From Guillardia theta CCMP2712 (taxonomy: Eukaryota > Protista > Cryptophyta), in assembly GCF_000315625.1 (NCBI RefSeq), contig NW_005434662.1:1041462-1086841 (forward strand): a stretch of DNA of 45,380 nt, in the 5' to 3' direction. This document shows, piece by piece, positions 28,215-39,810 of this stretch. Every line of letters starts with the position of its first letter. The first letter of the stretch is position 1. Below the pieces are notes generated by a model. It saw only the letters and a program-made list of their open reading frames with translations, did no database searches and was not told where the DNA came from. A program made the position numbers and the translations under genes.

Positions 28215-31200
28215 ACAACTGCTGTTGATCATGATGATCTTGATGACGATGACGATGATGAAGGTAGTGATGATGCTGATGCCGATACTGGTGGTGCTGG
28301 TGGTGGTGGTGGTGGTGATGATGATGATGATGATGTTATATTATCGGGAGGGTTTTGCTGCTTCTGTTGGTGCAAGAAGAGTATAAAGCTAATGACGCGG
28401 CTCAGCAGCGATCAGAAAGTTTTGACATTGACAGCGGGAGGAGCATTCTTCACCGCACCATCGGCATGCTCAAGAAGAGCATCTCAACCCTAGCTGAAGG
28501 AAAACTTCGTGAGCTCTGCCATTGTTGCTGTTTGGCGCTTCTGATCGTCCGCTCAGCAACGGATGGGGAGGTTGAGAGGATTTTCAACCTTATCGATCGA
28601 GAGGGGCAGGGGGAGGTGACGGCTCAAGACATCTTGACAGCCGTTGACAGCAACGAGCTGGTCAGTCATTTCTTCCGCCCAATCATGGAAACAGACATCG
28701 AGAGCGGAGAAAGGTGCGAGAGCCTCTTGTTCTCTTCCCCCGCCTGCTACTTGAAGAGTTTGAAAAGCTGCCTTCTAGTGTCCTTCCGTCCTCCTTCCTC
28801 GATGCCAGACTGGGCGGTATGAGCCTCGAGGTGAAAAGCTGGGAAAGTTTGACAAGGTCTGACGCGAGCTGCGAAGAGCTTCAAGTGTCGTATCGTTGCT
28901 TGTCATCCTGACAGTCAGCTGGACTCGGGAAGAATCAAGGGGAACCATTCGTTCCGAAGGAAGTTGAGCCATCCAGCCACTCCCACTACCAGAATCTCTC
29001 ACGTTAGTACCACTAGAAATCCCTTGCCTTGTCCTCTGCCCTGCTCTCTTCTCTCCTTTCCTCTCCTCTCTCCTTCCCTCTCTTCTCTCCTTTCCTCTCC
29101 TCTCACCTCCTCACCTCCTCTCTCTCGATGCTTCTCATCTGCCTCTGCAGGAGTCTTCGGTGCTCGAGCGCCGACAGTTTCGTGCAATGAGTGAGAGCGG
29201 CAGCAGCGCGCCGATGGCCTGGAGGAACAAGAGTGCCTTCAGACGGTCAGTGGTGGACGACCAGTCGCGGAAAGAAGCAGAGGAGGTGGCTCACTTTCTT
29301 CTCGCTCCTTCTTCCTGCTCTTCACGTGTGTCTCCTCCTCTCCTCCTCTCTCCTGTCTCTCCTGCCTCTTCTTTTCTCCTCTTCTGCCCTTTCTCCCCCC
29401 CCGTCTCTCTCCTCTTCTCCTCTCTCTATGCTGCTGGTCTCAACCCTCCTTGTCTCTGCTTATCCTCCTCAGGTCAACCACGAGGGTCAGCTGGACCCGG
29501 ACGTGGGGCAGCAAGTGCGCGCGCAGTCGAATCTCTGGCTCTACTTCCGCGTGTGTTGGATCGTCGGCATCGCAATTGCTGACCTCATCAGCTTCTTTGT
29601 CCTTCAGATCGGATGGTCTGGCGACTTTCTGTGTGCAGTCGACGAGACGAGGACGAGGCTGAACCGAGGAAACTTTGCGTTCATCGTCCTCCTCATCTTC
29701 TTCCACCTCTGCTACATCCTCCCCATCATCTTCGAGCCCGACTTTGCAGGACGGAGGATATACTGCCCTACCTACGCCTGCCTGATCTCGCAGGGCTTCA
29801 ACCTCTGGTACCTCATCGTCCTCCTCGCCTCCAGCATCGTCCTCGCCCTCCACAGCAGCAGCTGCTTGTCAGCTGAGGTTGACCCCAGCAGTCATCAGCC
29901 CTCCTCCTCTAAGCTTGACGTTAATGCCCGCCTTCACCTTGCTTTGCAGCTGCTTCGCACCATCTCAGCTCTCCATCGCTGCCGCTCGCTGGGCTCTGAC
30001 CTGCGCGTACGGCTGCAGACGGTGGTATCAGTGAACAAGCGGAGGTTCATCGACCCAGACGCCAACCTCAACCTCGACCTCACTTACATTTGCGACCGCC
30101 TCCTCGCCATGGCGCTCCCTTGCGTCGACGGCGCCATGTACCGCAACGACGTGCGGGACGTGGCGAAGTTCTTCTCCTCGCGGCACTTCGGGAGTTTCGT
30201 GGTGGTTAACCTCTGCGAGAACTTTGAGGAGGCAGGCAACGGCAACTACGACTCGTCGCTGCTCTACGGGCAGGTGCAGAAGCTTCCTATGTTCGACCAC
30301 AACGCGCCCACCCTCAAGATCCTCCTCGAGTACTGCGAGCGAGCGACGCGATGGCTGAACGCAAGCAAGAAGAACGTGCTCACCATCCACTGCCGGGGGG
30401 GGAAGGGACGCACAGGTACCTTCGTGTCTGCCATGATGATGTGGACGGCGACCTGCCGGACAGCAGACGAGGCCATGGCGTACTTCGCTCACCGGAGGAC
30501 GCAGCCGTCGCAGACACACAGGGGGATGCAGGGGGTGGATGCGCCATGTCAGAAGCGCTACCTTGGGTATCTGGAGAAGCTGCTGGCTAACGACGGGGAG
30601 ATTGACTTCCTCTCTCCCCGCCTCCTCCTCCTCAAGAGCGTGCAGCTGAAAACGACGCCCAGCTGGCAGAAGCAGGCGTGCCGAGTGTCGTTCATGGTGC
30701 TCAACGGGACCAACCTCATCTTCGACTACGGCAAGGCGCACGGTATCTTCGACCTGCAGACGGAGGACATGGAGAACAGCGTGTGGACGTTCGACCTCGG
30801 GCTGCTGGCAGTCAGCGGCGACATCACGATCCGCTTCTTCTACTTCGACGCTGATGCCGCCATGAGCAACATCGTGGGGCAGCGAGGGGAGCTGCTGCCC
30901 GGGGGGATGGGGGTGAGGTACGGGGGTGTGAAGGGAAAGCTGCTGTGCTTCGTTTCCTTCCACACTGCCTTCCACCAGTCGCGGATCGTGTTCAGCAAGA
31001 GCGAGATCGACGAGGCGTACAACGACTGGAAGCAAGAGCGGTTCTCCGACCGCTTCGAGCTGACCGTTGAAGTGTTTGCGGGGTCATCGGAGGAGGCGAA
31101 AGACTTCTTTGACATCAAGCCGTACTCGGTCAACGGCCTCGATCTGGGACTCCCTCCCGGCATCCGCGAGCTCCAGCTCAAGGAGAGCATAGCCGATATC

Positions 31201-32891
31201 TTCCTGCGCGGCCGCGGGTGCATCGAGCTGGAGGAGGATGCGGAGGTGTCAGGGCTGAGCTGCTTCGGAGAGAAGGGCAAGCTGCTGTGGGTGGAGGAGG
31301 GAGGCGTACAGCTCGAGATCGAGCACATGCGAGCTCCCGACGGGTGCGCACTGGGAATGAATCAGTGCAACTCGTCGATGTACATGGGGAAGGTGGGAGC
31401 TGGAGCTCTGCTGAACATGCGGGAGTGTCTGCTGGGCAAGGGGCAGCCCATGACCAACATGCGATGCGTCGTGAGGAGCAAGCGAGCGAGGCTGCGATGC
31501 CTCGACCTCGGCAGAGACCTGCACCTCCCCAGCTGCCAGGTGGACCTCAGCCCAGCTGACCTCCTTAACCTCTTCGAGACGCTGGCAAAGAACCTCGCGT
31601 GCAAGTCGCGCGACATCGCGGTCCTCCTGCACCAGACGGCGCAGGCGCAGAACGTGAAGCGAGACGCGGAGGCTGGGCAGGCGGACGAGCGCGCGAGGTT
31701 CGTCGCGAGCGTCATCGAAAGGAACGAGCTACCCATCACGGAGCGCGTGATCTTCTCCTGCGAGGCAACGCTGGTGCAGGGGACGCGCAAGGTTGAGGGA
31801 CAGTTCTTCATCTTCTTGGAGTGGGTCATCTTCGCCACCGTCTCCTCCCTCCAGCGCGACTGGCGCATCGCCGTCCATCACATCCGAAGCTTCCGCGCTG
31901 AGAGCGATCGCCTCATCCTCAACCACAGCACCCTGCTCGAGCATGACGGCTCTCCGCTGTCTCACTTCTCCAGCGGGGATGAAAGCTTCCGGCTGCTCTC
32001 TCGCACTTCCACCCTCCGTGGGGACGACAGCGGAAAGCCGCTGACGAGGAGCGTCTCCAACCCGCAAGCCTCGGACGACGAAGTTCCTTCGTCCCCGGGA
32101 CCCCACGCAAGCGCCACGAAGCTGCGCACACGTATGTCGAACCTGCTGACGGGGGAAGGGAAGGGAAGCGAGAAGAGCGACAAGGCGGAGAAGAGCGACA
32201 AGGCGGAGAAGAGCGAGACTATCCTGATGGCCGCGTCTGACCTCCGAATAGCCGAGAAGGTTCTCAAGAAGCTGCAGAACAAGAAGCAGATGGTCCTCGA
32301 GTCTCCTGCTTGGAAGTCTCAAGGTAGTTTCTTCCCCTCACGCGGTCAGAGCGAGCAGCTTCGGTCCTTCGGCTTCGTCCTCGTTAACGAGAGCATCTCC
32401 GACGCCGAGTCCGCCATCTTCTCTCAGCTGCTCGCCAAGTCCAAGCGAGCCTCGTTCCGCTCAGGGGAAGTGATCATGGAGGCAGGATGCGTCAAGCGAT
32501 CTATCATCCACCTCATCAGCGGCATGGTGACGGCACGAGGAGCGACGGGGACGGTGTTCTCGGTGCGGCAGGCAGGGTTGGGAGACTCGATTCTCGGCGA
32601 GCTTGCCTTCTTGGAGAGTGGGAACAAGGGAGCAGGAGCAAGCATCATTGCAGAGTCAGAAGTGGACTGCCTCATCACCTCCTACGACGTCCTCGAACTT
32701 CTCAGCTGCAACGAGCCAATGGTGGGGGCTCGCTTCTACCGGAAGATAGCCATGTGAGAATTTCTGCTCTGCTCTTCTCTGCTCCCCCCTTCCCCCCTCC
32801 CCCCCCCCCCTTCCTCCTCACTCTGTTCAATAGATCCCTCGCACGTCGACTTGAGAAGCAAATCGAGCAGCTTGTCATGACAACAGAGTAA
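26166..32891 (+). CDS. Voltage-sensing-phosphatase (VSP/TPTE)-like protein: acidic N-terminus, EF-hand, 4-TM VSD-like domain, PTEN phosphatase, PTEN-C2, cNMP-binding-like, GRAM/PH-like, cNMP-binding
   Basis: Main exon 29473-32753: VSVNKRRF...LNLDLTYICDRLLAMALP, DHNAP, HCRGGKGRTG (30388-30417); FRSGEVIMEAG...ILGELAFL...ASIIAESEV. Upstream exons, including IFNLIDREGQGEVTAQDI, join in phase by manual splicing (N-terminal joins less certain). Last exon 32834-32891. Confidence 0.85.
27125..27253. repeat. Compound microsatellite (CTG)n(CTC)n, intronic
   Basis: Read directly; lies in the first inferred intron of the VSP-like gene. Confidence 0.9.
27992..28335. repeat. Compound microsatellites (GCT)n,(GAG)n,(GTG)n,(GAT)n, intronic
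   Basis: Read directly; bracketed by a gtgaga donor and a ctcag acceptor. Confidence 0.9.
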
Positions 32892-33045
32892 GAAAGCAGA
32901 GGAGGAGTGACAAGTTTGACTAGTTCTGCAGGTGTGATGGAGACGTGTTTCTTGAAGATTATCTTCATTGAAAGGAGCTTGTACATGAGATGTCAAAATA
33001 ATTTCTTACATGATAACATACAAGGTGACACCAACTTCTTTCTCC

Positions 33046-35649
33046 TTACTTCTTGCCTCGGACCTTATCATTGTTGATCTCCCTCCTACAATAATTCTCA
33101 CCGACGCTCTCCCTTCGCATCCCCCTGCTCCTCCAGCCCTCTCTCCTCACCTTTCCAGCTCATGCTCGTAGTTCTCGTATCCTCTCTCCACATGTTCCAG
33201 CGGTTTCATGTGTCGGTTGAACATCTTATCCGCAGCTCTGACAGCCTCTTCCTCTGCCCTCCTCGTCTCCAGCTCCTGCACTCCAGTTAGCCACCATTTC
33301 ACCTCCAGGACTCTCGCACCAGCTCCTGCTCCTTCCTCCATCTGCTTGTCGACTTCGTGACCAAGCTCTTCGACATTGGCGATTGAGTCAGTCCCTTCCT
33401 CTCCGTTGTCATGCCTCCTCGCGGCAACGCTAGCATGTGACTCGCTTTTCTCATCCTCTCCATAGCCAGGTTGTGAATTTCCTTCTTGTGAGCCTGCAGG
33501 AAGTAGTCTTCCTCGCTCTTAAAGGCAGACCCGATCGCATCCACGTGCCTCTTCAGGTTGGCATTGACGGCCGCATGCTTGTCTTCATCCTCCTCTTTAG
33601 AGATCTTCATCCTCTGATCCCTCACCTTCCTCTCCACTTCTCTCTCCTTGCTCAGTGAGCTTCTCGCATCCGCTCGCTTGATTCGCTCAAGCAGACTCTT
33701 CTCTTCCTCCTTCACCTTGGCAGACACGTAGGACTTCTGCGCCTTCCTCAGGCCCGCAAGAACCGCGTCGTCGCTTTTGACGATAGTCAAGTCGTCATCC
33801 TGCTCATCTGAGGCAGCGGACGACGAGCTGGTTGATTTGACAGCTGAAGCAGCTGGAAGGGAGCTGGCTGGTTTGACAGCGTCCGGGCTTCCCTTCTCTT
33901 CATCGTCCTGAGCATCTGCTTCTTCACGAGCTTGCTTAGCCATGTCAATGAGCTTCTCTTGCTCGTGAATTTCCTTCACAAGAGATCGTTGCTTTTTGCG
34001 GAGCTTTTCTAGCTGAAGCGATCGCTCCACCTCCTGTTTCTTGGCACTCCGATAGCGATCGTTCGCTTCTCTAATCGCATTTTGAACAACTGACGGAGGC
34101 TGTACCTGCTCGTTATCACTTTCCCCATGACTAGCAGAAGCATCTAGCATCTTGCTATCTGAACTCGATCTAATCATTGCACGAGTTTTCCTCTTCTCCT
34201 TCGACATGGCGATTTCTCTCTCCCTCGCTTCTGCGTATCTTTGATTTCCTTCTGCTATCGCAGATGCCACTACATCAGAATTCCTCGAAGACTCCACAGT
34301 GTTGCGCGAAAATGATGGTCCTTTCGTCTCTGTTTGACCTCGCAAGTCAGTCTGAGGAAACCAGCCCACCTTTCCTTGTCCTGTCAGAACTTTGTCGACC
34401 CCCATCTTATCGTCGACTTCGAGAACGGTAACTGCCTCCCCCTCCTTCACAGGAATCATCCCCCCCTGCGAGAACAAAAAGGATTTGATAGCGACCGCCT
34501 TCTGCCCCACCTTCAAGGCTGAGCTACTTGAAGGCAACGATTGTAAGTTACGACTGTCTGCCAACGACAAGCCACTCGAAGAACGGATGTTCGACTGTGC
34601 TGGGGAGCCGATGTGAATCTCTATGCCTCTATCTATGAGGGGAAAGAAAGTCGAGCGATTCTTCTGCACTGAAAGCAAATGGTTCCAAGATATCGTTCTG
34701 TTCTCCTCCAGCTCTTTTGACATGTTCAACAGGCTTTCGTATCCCAAAGACCCATCGTATTTCTGTGCTAACGTGCCGATCTTGTCGAAATACGCCTCCC
34801 CTTCTGGAGAGATGCCCTGCCAAAGCACGGATCAACTGAGCAATCGACGAACAAGACATGGTTCACAGTCTTGTTGTTTTCGATGGACGAGATATTCTCG
34901 AATGCTGCTTGCTCGTATTTCTCATGAGCTGCTTTCCATTTGAGCCACTTTTGTGATTCAGCATTCACACGGCCCTTCCGTGCTTCAATCTGACGCAGTC
35001 GTTACATCGGTATTGATGTTGAGATTATCTCTTCAACCTCCATCAAATGCAACGCTTTCTCCATTGCTGCCTCGCGTTCTGCCATGTGCTTTGATTCTTG
35101 CTTAGCTCTAAACAAAGTGTTTAGTAAGAATGGATGTCAAGGAATGTCCTTACAATTCATTCTTCTGCCGGGAAATATCACTATCATCGTCCTGCTGGAC
35201 TGCTCCTGGAAAGTGCATGTGTTTAGTCATAGAATCCTGCAATCCTGCATATGCGTGAAGAGTCTATACCTTCTTGCAACTCCACAAAACGTGATGGCAG
35301 CGAGCGCATACGGGCTGAGTTCGCTCTTTGTCTTTCATGTGAACTCCCCTGCAAGGTTGATCGGGAGAACAGGGAGATCTCGTGCTTGTCATCCTATAGC
35401 AAGCAAACTTCTTGAGCCCTCTTCATTTTCATAGTGTGCAAGTACCTTGAGCATTAAGCACGCACAAATGACTAGAACTCCCAGAATTGCAGAGAGTAAA
35501 AGACGGGAAGGCCCAGGATGACGTAAGCCTACAAAATATCTTTCAGGATAAGCAATAACAGAAATTACAACGCCGGCATAATCCATATCTTCCATACAAG
35601 ACCTCAAATAATCATGTTTCCACTTTTCGCTCTTTCGCAATATTGACAT
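33046..35649 (-). CDS. Membrane-anchored SH3-domain and coiled-coil protein of unknown function
   Basis: N-terminal TM (LLLSAILGVLVICACLML); SH3-like KAVAIKSF...IPVKEGEAVTVLEVDD...KVLTGQGKVGWFPQTDL (about 34345-34520); long charged helical C-terminus. Exon boundaries partly inferred. Confidence 0.65.
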
Positions 35650-36526
35650 GATTTTTTCACCCTTATTCTCCTCCTCCTCCTCAACCACAACAACCACAAC
35701 AACTATTCCATATGAATGACCTATTTTCCTCTTCATTTCTCACTCCTTTCAGATCTCATTCTCTCTTCCGCATATGTTCCATCACCTGGCGCCGCCATTT
35801 TCTATTTCCGGGTTCGCAGTATGTTGATTGTGGAGGCAGACTTCGCCGAATGTTTACTCAAATAATTAGAAATATTATAAAAGAGATCTCTACCCCCCAC
35901 CCCCACCCCTACCCCTACCCATCTCTTTCGAAAGACAATCAGAGGAATGACCCCACCCCATCCCAATAGCCTATTAGCACCCACCCTGTACACCTTGATA
36001 CGGTACACGAAGAGCCATGGCAAGCGAGTAGAATGAGGGAGCCTGGGGCAGGGGCGCGTAGAGGACGAGCAGCATGAGTATGAGCATCTTCATCATGGTG
36101 TATTTGCAGTATCTCCTTGCAATGGTCACATGCATTGTGACCGGCAGTGACATCAAGATGGAGGGTATGGCGCGATCATAACATGACGAAAAGGAAGACG
36201 CTCAGAGGAAGTCTTGTAGCTACTTTGATCGAGAATCAAATTAGGTTGAATAACCAGTATCGTCGCAAACATGTTGAAAGTGCAAGAGTATGCAGGGATA
36301 GATAGCACTATTACGAAGTTTTCCTTATCAGGACCCTTCCGTGATCGCTGAGATCTCAAAAATCTATCAGCATACAACTTCTTTTGATACGTGCTGTGGG
36401 TGCATATTACGATATCATGTTCTATGTGCACTCCGCGGTCTTTGGTAGTTGTTCGTGGATGTGCTGATTTTTTCTATGCAGGAAGAAACAAAGCAAACCA
36501 AGTCTGTTCCACACTTGGGATAGACG

Positions 36527-37450
36527 ATGACGGTCGAAAAGCCTGGGTTCCTACTCCTCTGTTCTGGGATTTTTCTGGCGTTTGTATGCATCCTACATGT
36601 TTCTGAAACTATCCTGAAGTCGCAGGCTGCATCCTTGGTCTCCTTGAACCTAGATCAGTCCAGCATTATTCACAGGAACGAACTGATTCGCGTTGATGTT
36701 CCTGCGTCACAGTTGTCCTTGACCAAGATCGGTGACATTGTGAAAGGAAAGATGAAGGCAGCTACTGGGGGTGTGGTTGTTTTTACGGGCAGCGTTGCTG
36801 CTGGCACGAGGGTGTCGCCAACTAAGGGCGCGGTGACGGTAAAAGTGATCTCGGACAAATACATCGCACCAGGAACTCCTGTCAGTGGCAGGGTAGGAGA
36901 CTCGATGTTCTCAGGAACAGTGGTTGGCTCTCCGAACAACGAAGAACGCTTGTCTGACATGGAAAAGCGTCTCTCAGCTCTCGAGAAGCCTGCAAAAGAT
37001 CAGGTCATTGATCTTCACCACGAGGTTGAAAGCATGCAGGACAGACTACGGAGGTTGGAAGGAAGGAAATCGATCAAGGAGAGGATTGATGACCTTGAAG
37101 AAAGGATCAAAGAGTTAGAGAAACGTCCGCCGTCCCTCGATTGGAGGTTGATCAAGGACAACAGTGAAGGCTTTCATTTTCATGGTTCTATTGGACCAAA
37201 TACAGTGGAGCCTTCTGTGGACAAGTTGGAAACTGGACTCTCGAAACTGGAAAAGAAACCAGGACCAGAGGAAGTGGTGCGTCCTATTGTTTCAAGATTA
37301 GACGATATTGAGCAAAGAATCGACGATATTTCGGGTGGTATCGATCCGAAGCGAACCATGGCAAACTTGGAAAGACGATTGGCAGCATTGGAGCGTCTTG
37401 CAGGCACCGCAGATGGACAGGACATTCCTCCTCCTAAATTCAATAGCTAA
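36527..37450 (+). CDS. Intronless signal-anchor/secreted protein with a small beta-rich domain and segmented coiled coil (307 aa)
   Basis: Hydrophobic N-terminus; Gly/Val-rich beta segment; repeated heptads LSDMEKRLSALEK, IDDLEERIKELEK, MANLERRLAALER. Confidence 0.7.
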   Translation: MTVEKPGFLLLCSGIFLAFVCILHVSETILKSQAASLVSLNLDQSSIIHRNELIRVDVPASQLSLTKIGDIVKGKMKAATGGVVVFTGSVAAGTRVSPTKGAVTVKVISDKYIAPGTPVSGRVGDSMFSGTVVGSPNNEERLSDMEKRLSALEKPAKDQVIDLHHEVESMQDRLRRLEGRKSIKERIDDLEERIKELEKRPPSLDWRLIKDNSEGFHFHGSIGPNTVEPSVDKLETGLSKLEKKPGPEEVVRPIVSRLDDIEQRIDDISGGIDPKRTMANLERRLAALERLAGTADGQDIPPPKFNS

Positions 37451-37800
37451 AGGGTTAGTAAAGACAAAACCTTACCAACGATTGTAGCTTTGTGCTTGCC
37501 AGGCTCAGGAATGCACGGTACCGTGGCGTCAAGACGGTCTGTTACTGTTTTATCAGTTAAGTTTGGGGGCAGCAGTTGGCAGGTTTAGGTTTGGTTCTCG
37601 CTGTCTTTTCTCTTCTCGCCGTGTGGCCTGTGCGACAGTGTCAGGGTCAAGCCTCCTCGACTCTCCTGCCCCGATTGTCCTCGTACTGAACTTTTTTGGC
37701 CGGCACCGGGCCACGCACTTACTGGTCAGTGACCAGCACCCGGCCCGATCGGCCTTCGGTCATTTTAGAGACAAAATAGCAGCACACCCAAACGATGCTT

Positions 37801-37997
37801 GCTCCCTCCTCCCATCAAGAGCTCCCTCCCTCCTCCCATCCAGAGCTCCCTCCCTCCTCCCATACAGAGCTCCCTCCCTCCTCCCATCCAGAGCTCCCTC
37901 CCTCCTCCCATCCAGAGCTCCCTCCCTCTTCCCATCCAGAGCTCCCTCCCTCCTCCCATCAAGAGCTCCCTCCCTCCTCCCATCAAGAGCTCCCATC
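37801..37997. repeat. 24-bp tandem minisatellite, about 8 copies (gctccctccctcctcccatcMaga)
   Basis: Read directly; reads LLPSRAPS x8 in one frame. Confidence 0.92.
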
Positions 37998-37999
37998 AT

Positions 38000-39810
38000 C
38001 GTCAACGCTGACAATTCCCGATCACTCGCTTCGGCAAAGGTTGAATCTCAACTTAAAGCAGAAATCAGGCAAGTTATCTTGCAACGCATTGAATTCTATC
38101 AGTGATCCCTTCTCAGCATGCCAAGAAAAGATGCATCTTATCACTATTCACATTGAAAGCCCGAAGGATGGGGTTAGCGAGGGGAAACGATGTTTTGTTG
38201 TGGATCGTGTCACTTTAGACACAAAAGTCAATGAGATGTAAGACTGAATTGCCGATTACCGTGCTGATCACGACTCAATCAGAAAGTCAAGAATAAGATC
38301 CCTTTATGGAGTTCCTATGTAATAATCTTGCAAGTTTGCATAGCTCGCTCAATTCGTGCATCCTTTGCAGTAGTCACCAAGCTTTGATTTTCAGCAACCA
38401 GAGGGTTCACCCTGACGAGAAGGTCCAATCGAAGCAGGCAACAGACCAAAGCTGCTTCCACAAGGTTGTAAGTGATGAAATCACGCTGAGAGAAGTGGGG
38501 ATAAGACTTGGTTGGAGGACACCAAAGTGAGTTTTATCTGGTGTGGACCTATGCAAATTGACGAGGCATTCTTTCAGGCTTACAGTTCATAGCGATCCTT
38601 TGATATTGAGAACGATATATCCTCTAGAAGACTATTTGCCTGGAGGACAACAGTGAGTGGAACTGGATGCAAAGAATGCCTCATGTAGATGCTGAATTGA
38701 GTTGTTACAAGATGGTGCATTGGTGCTGCACCAAACACTCATGTAAGGGGACAAAGAATGGGATTGCTCATCAGCATTTTCACTCTCATGCTGATCCTCC
38801 TCCTCGTGAGTTATTCTTGTCTATTCTTTTGATTCTTTTACATAAGACGGCAGGTGGTGCTTGAATGGTTGACATGAACTTCTTGGGGAGACGGCTCACT
38901 CGGGGGATTTGTTTTGATGGCATTGTTTACAATGACCGTACATCTTCAAACCTATGTGAGGGTGTGTGTGCATGAGAGAATCACTTGGCAGCTTCATCTG
39001 CCGCTGAAGAGAAAAACTCCCAGCACAGAGAAGATCAAGGCGATGATGACTGGATTGTCCAAACTGTTGAAGAAACGTGTCATGCTGTATGCCCCATTGA
39101 TACACCTACATAGGAGCAGGATTTTACCTTATAAAATTTGGTGTTGGTCTAGCGCGACGCAGTTCTTCTGCAATACTCTGCGTCCAAAGAACAATCATAT
39201 GATTACATGGAAGAAAGAAAATTAGGAGAGTACAAGATTGACTTCTTCTGAGATCTTGAGACCTCGAACCTAAAAAGGATAGATATTCTATGTCAGAGTT
39301 TTCCAAAAGCATTCGAGCTATCCCATACTTTCCTCCTCCTTTCCAGCCACTCAGTGTAAAACCACTTTTCCAGCCTTCTCGCGTTTTTGGGCGACCTTTC
39401 TAGATCTTCAAGATAGTTGTTTAGACCACCCTATTTCATGTTAATTTTGCCAACAAACAAGTGTATCATCTCACTTTGTTCTTGTTCTTCGCTAGATCTC
39501 GACGCTCACTGGGCACAAGAACAAACCACCAGTACGACATGGTTCCCAAAGTGGACAAGACTACAGGTAGGGCGACTTCTAGTGGAGGCGGTCTCGCTTC
39601 AAACACTTGACTTCCTTGATCCAATACCATCCTTTGATTCAGACATGCCCGTCTGCTTAAGGGTGTGTGCCTCAACAAATTTCTCTGCGGATTGACCAAG
39701 GAGAACGATTCAATCGGCAAAACATGCCAGCAGATGAGCAAGGCAACACAGCCCGTTTTCCTTTATCAAACAGTCAGAACCCTAGACAAACTTCATAACG
39801 AAACATAGTT
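38000..39810 (+). pseudogene. Decayed coding-like sequence, possibly a transposon relic
   Basis: Protein-like fragments broken by many stops and frameshifts, with no convincing splice model; weak resemblance to a KDZ/CxC-type transposase C-terminus. Confidence 0.25.

Noticed and set aside
29191-29472. N-terminal hydrophobic part of the 1188-aa ORF as extra TM helices
   Set aside because: It is mostly a pyrimidine-rich intron (gtggct ... cctcag) read through in frame, plus an exon read in the wrong frame.
30028-32322. Long antisense ORFs over the phosphatase gene (similar ones lie over the CACHD1-like and INO80 genes)
   Set aside because: Expected shadows of GC3-rich coding sequence.
37801-37997. 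CRISPR-like repeat array
   Set aside because: Repeats are directly tandem with no unique spacers, no cas genes, and the context is eukaryotic.
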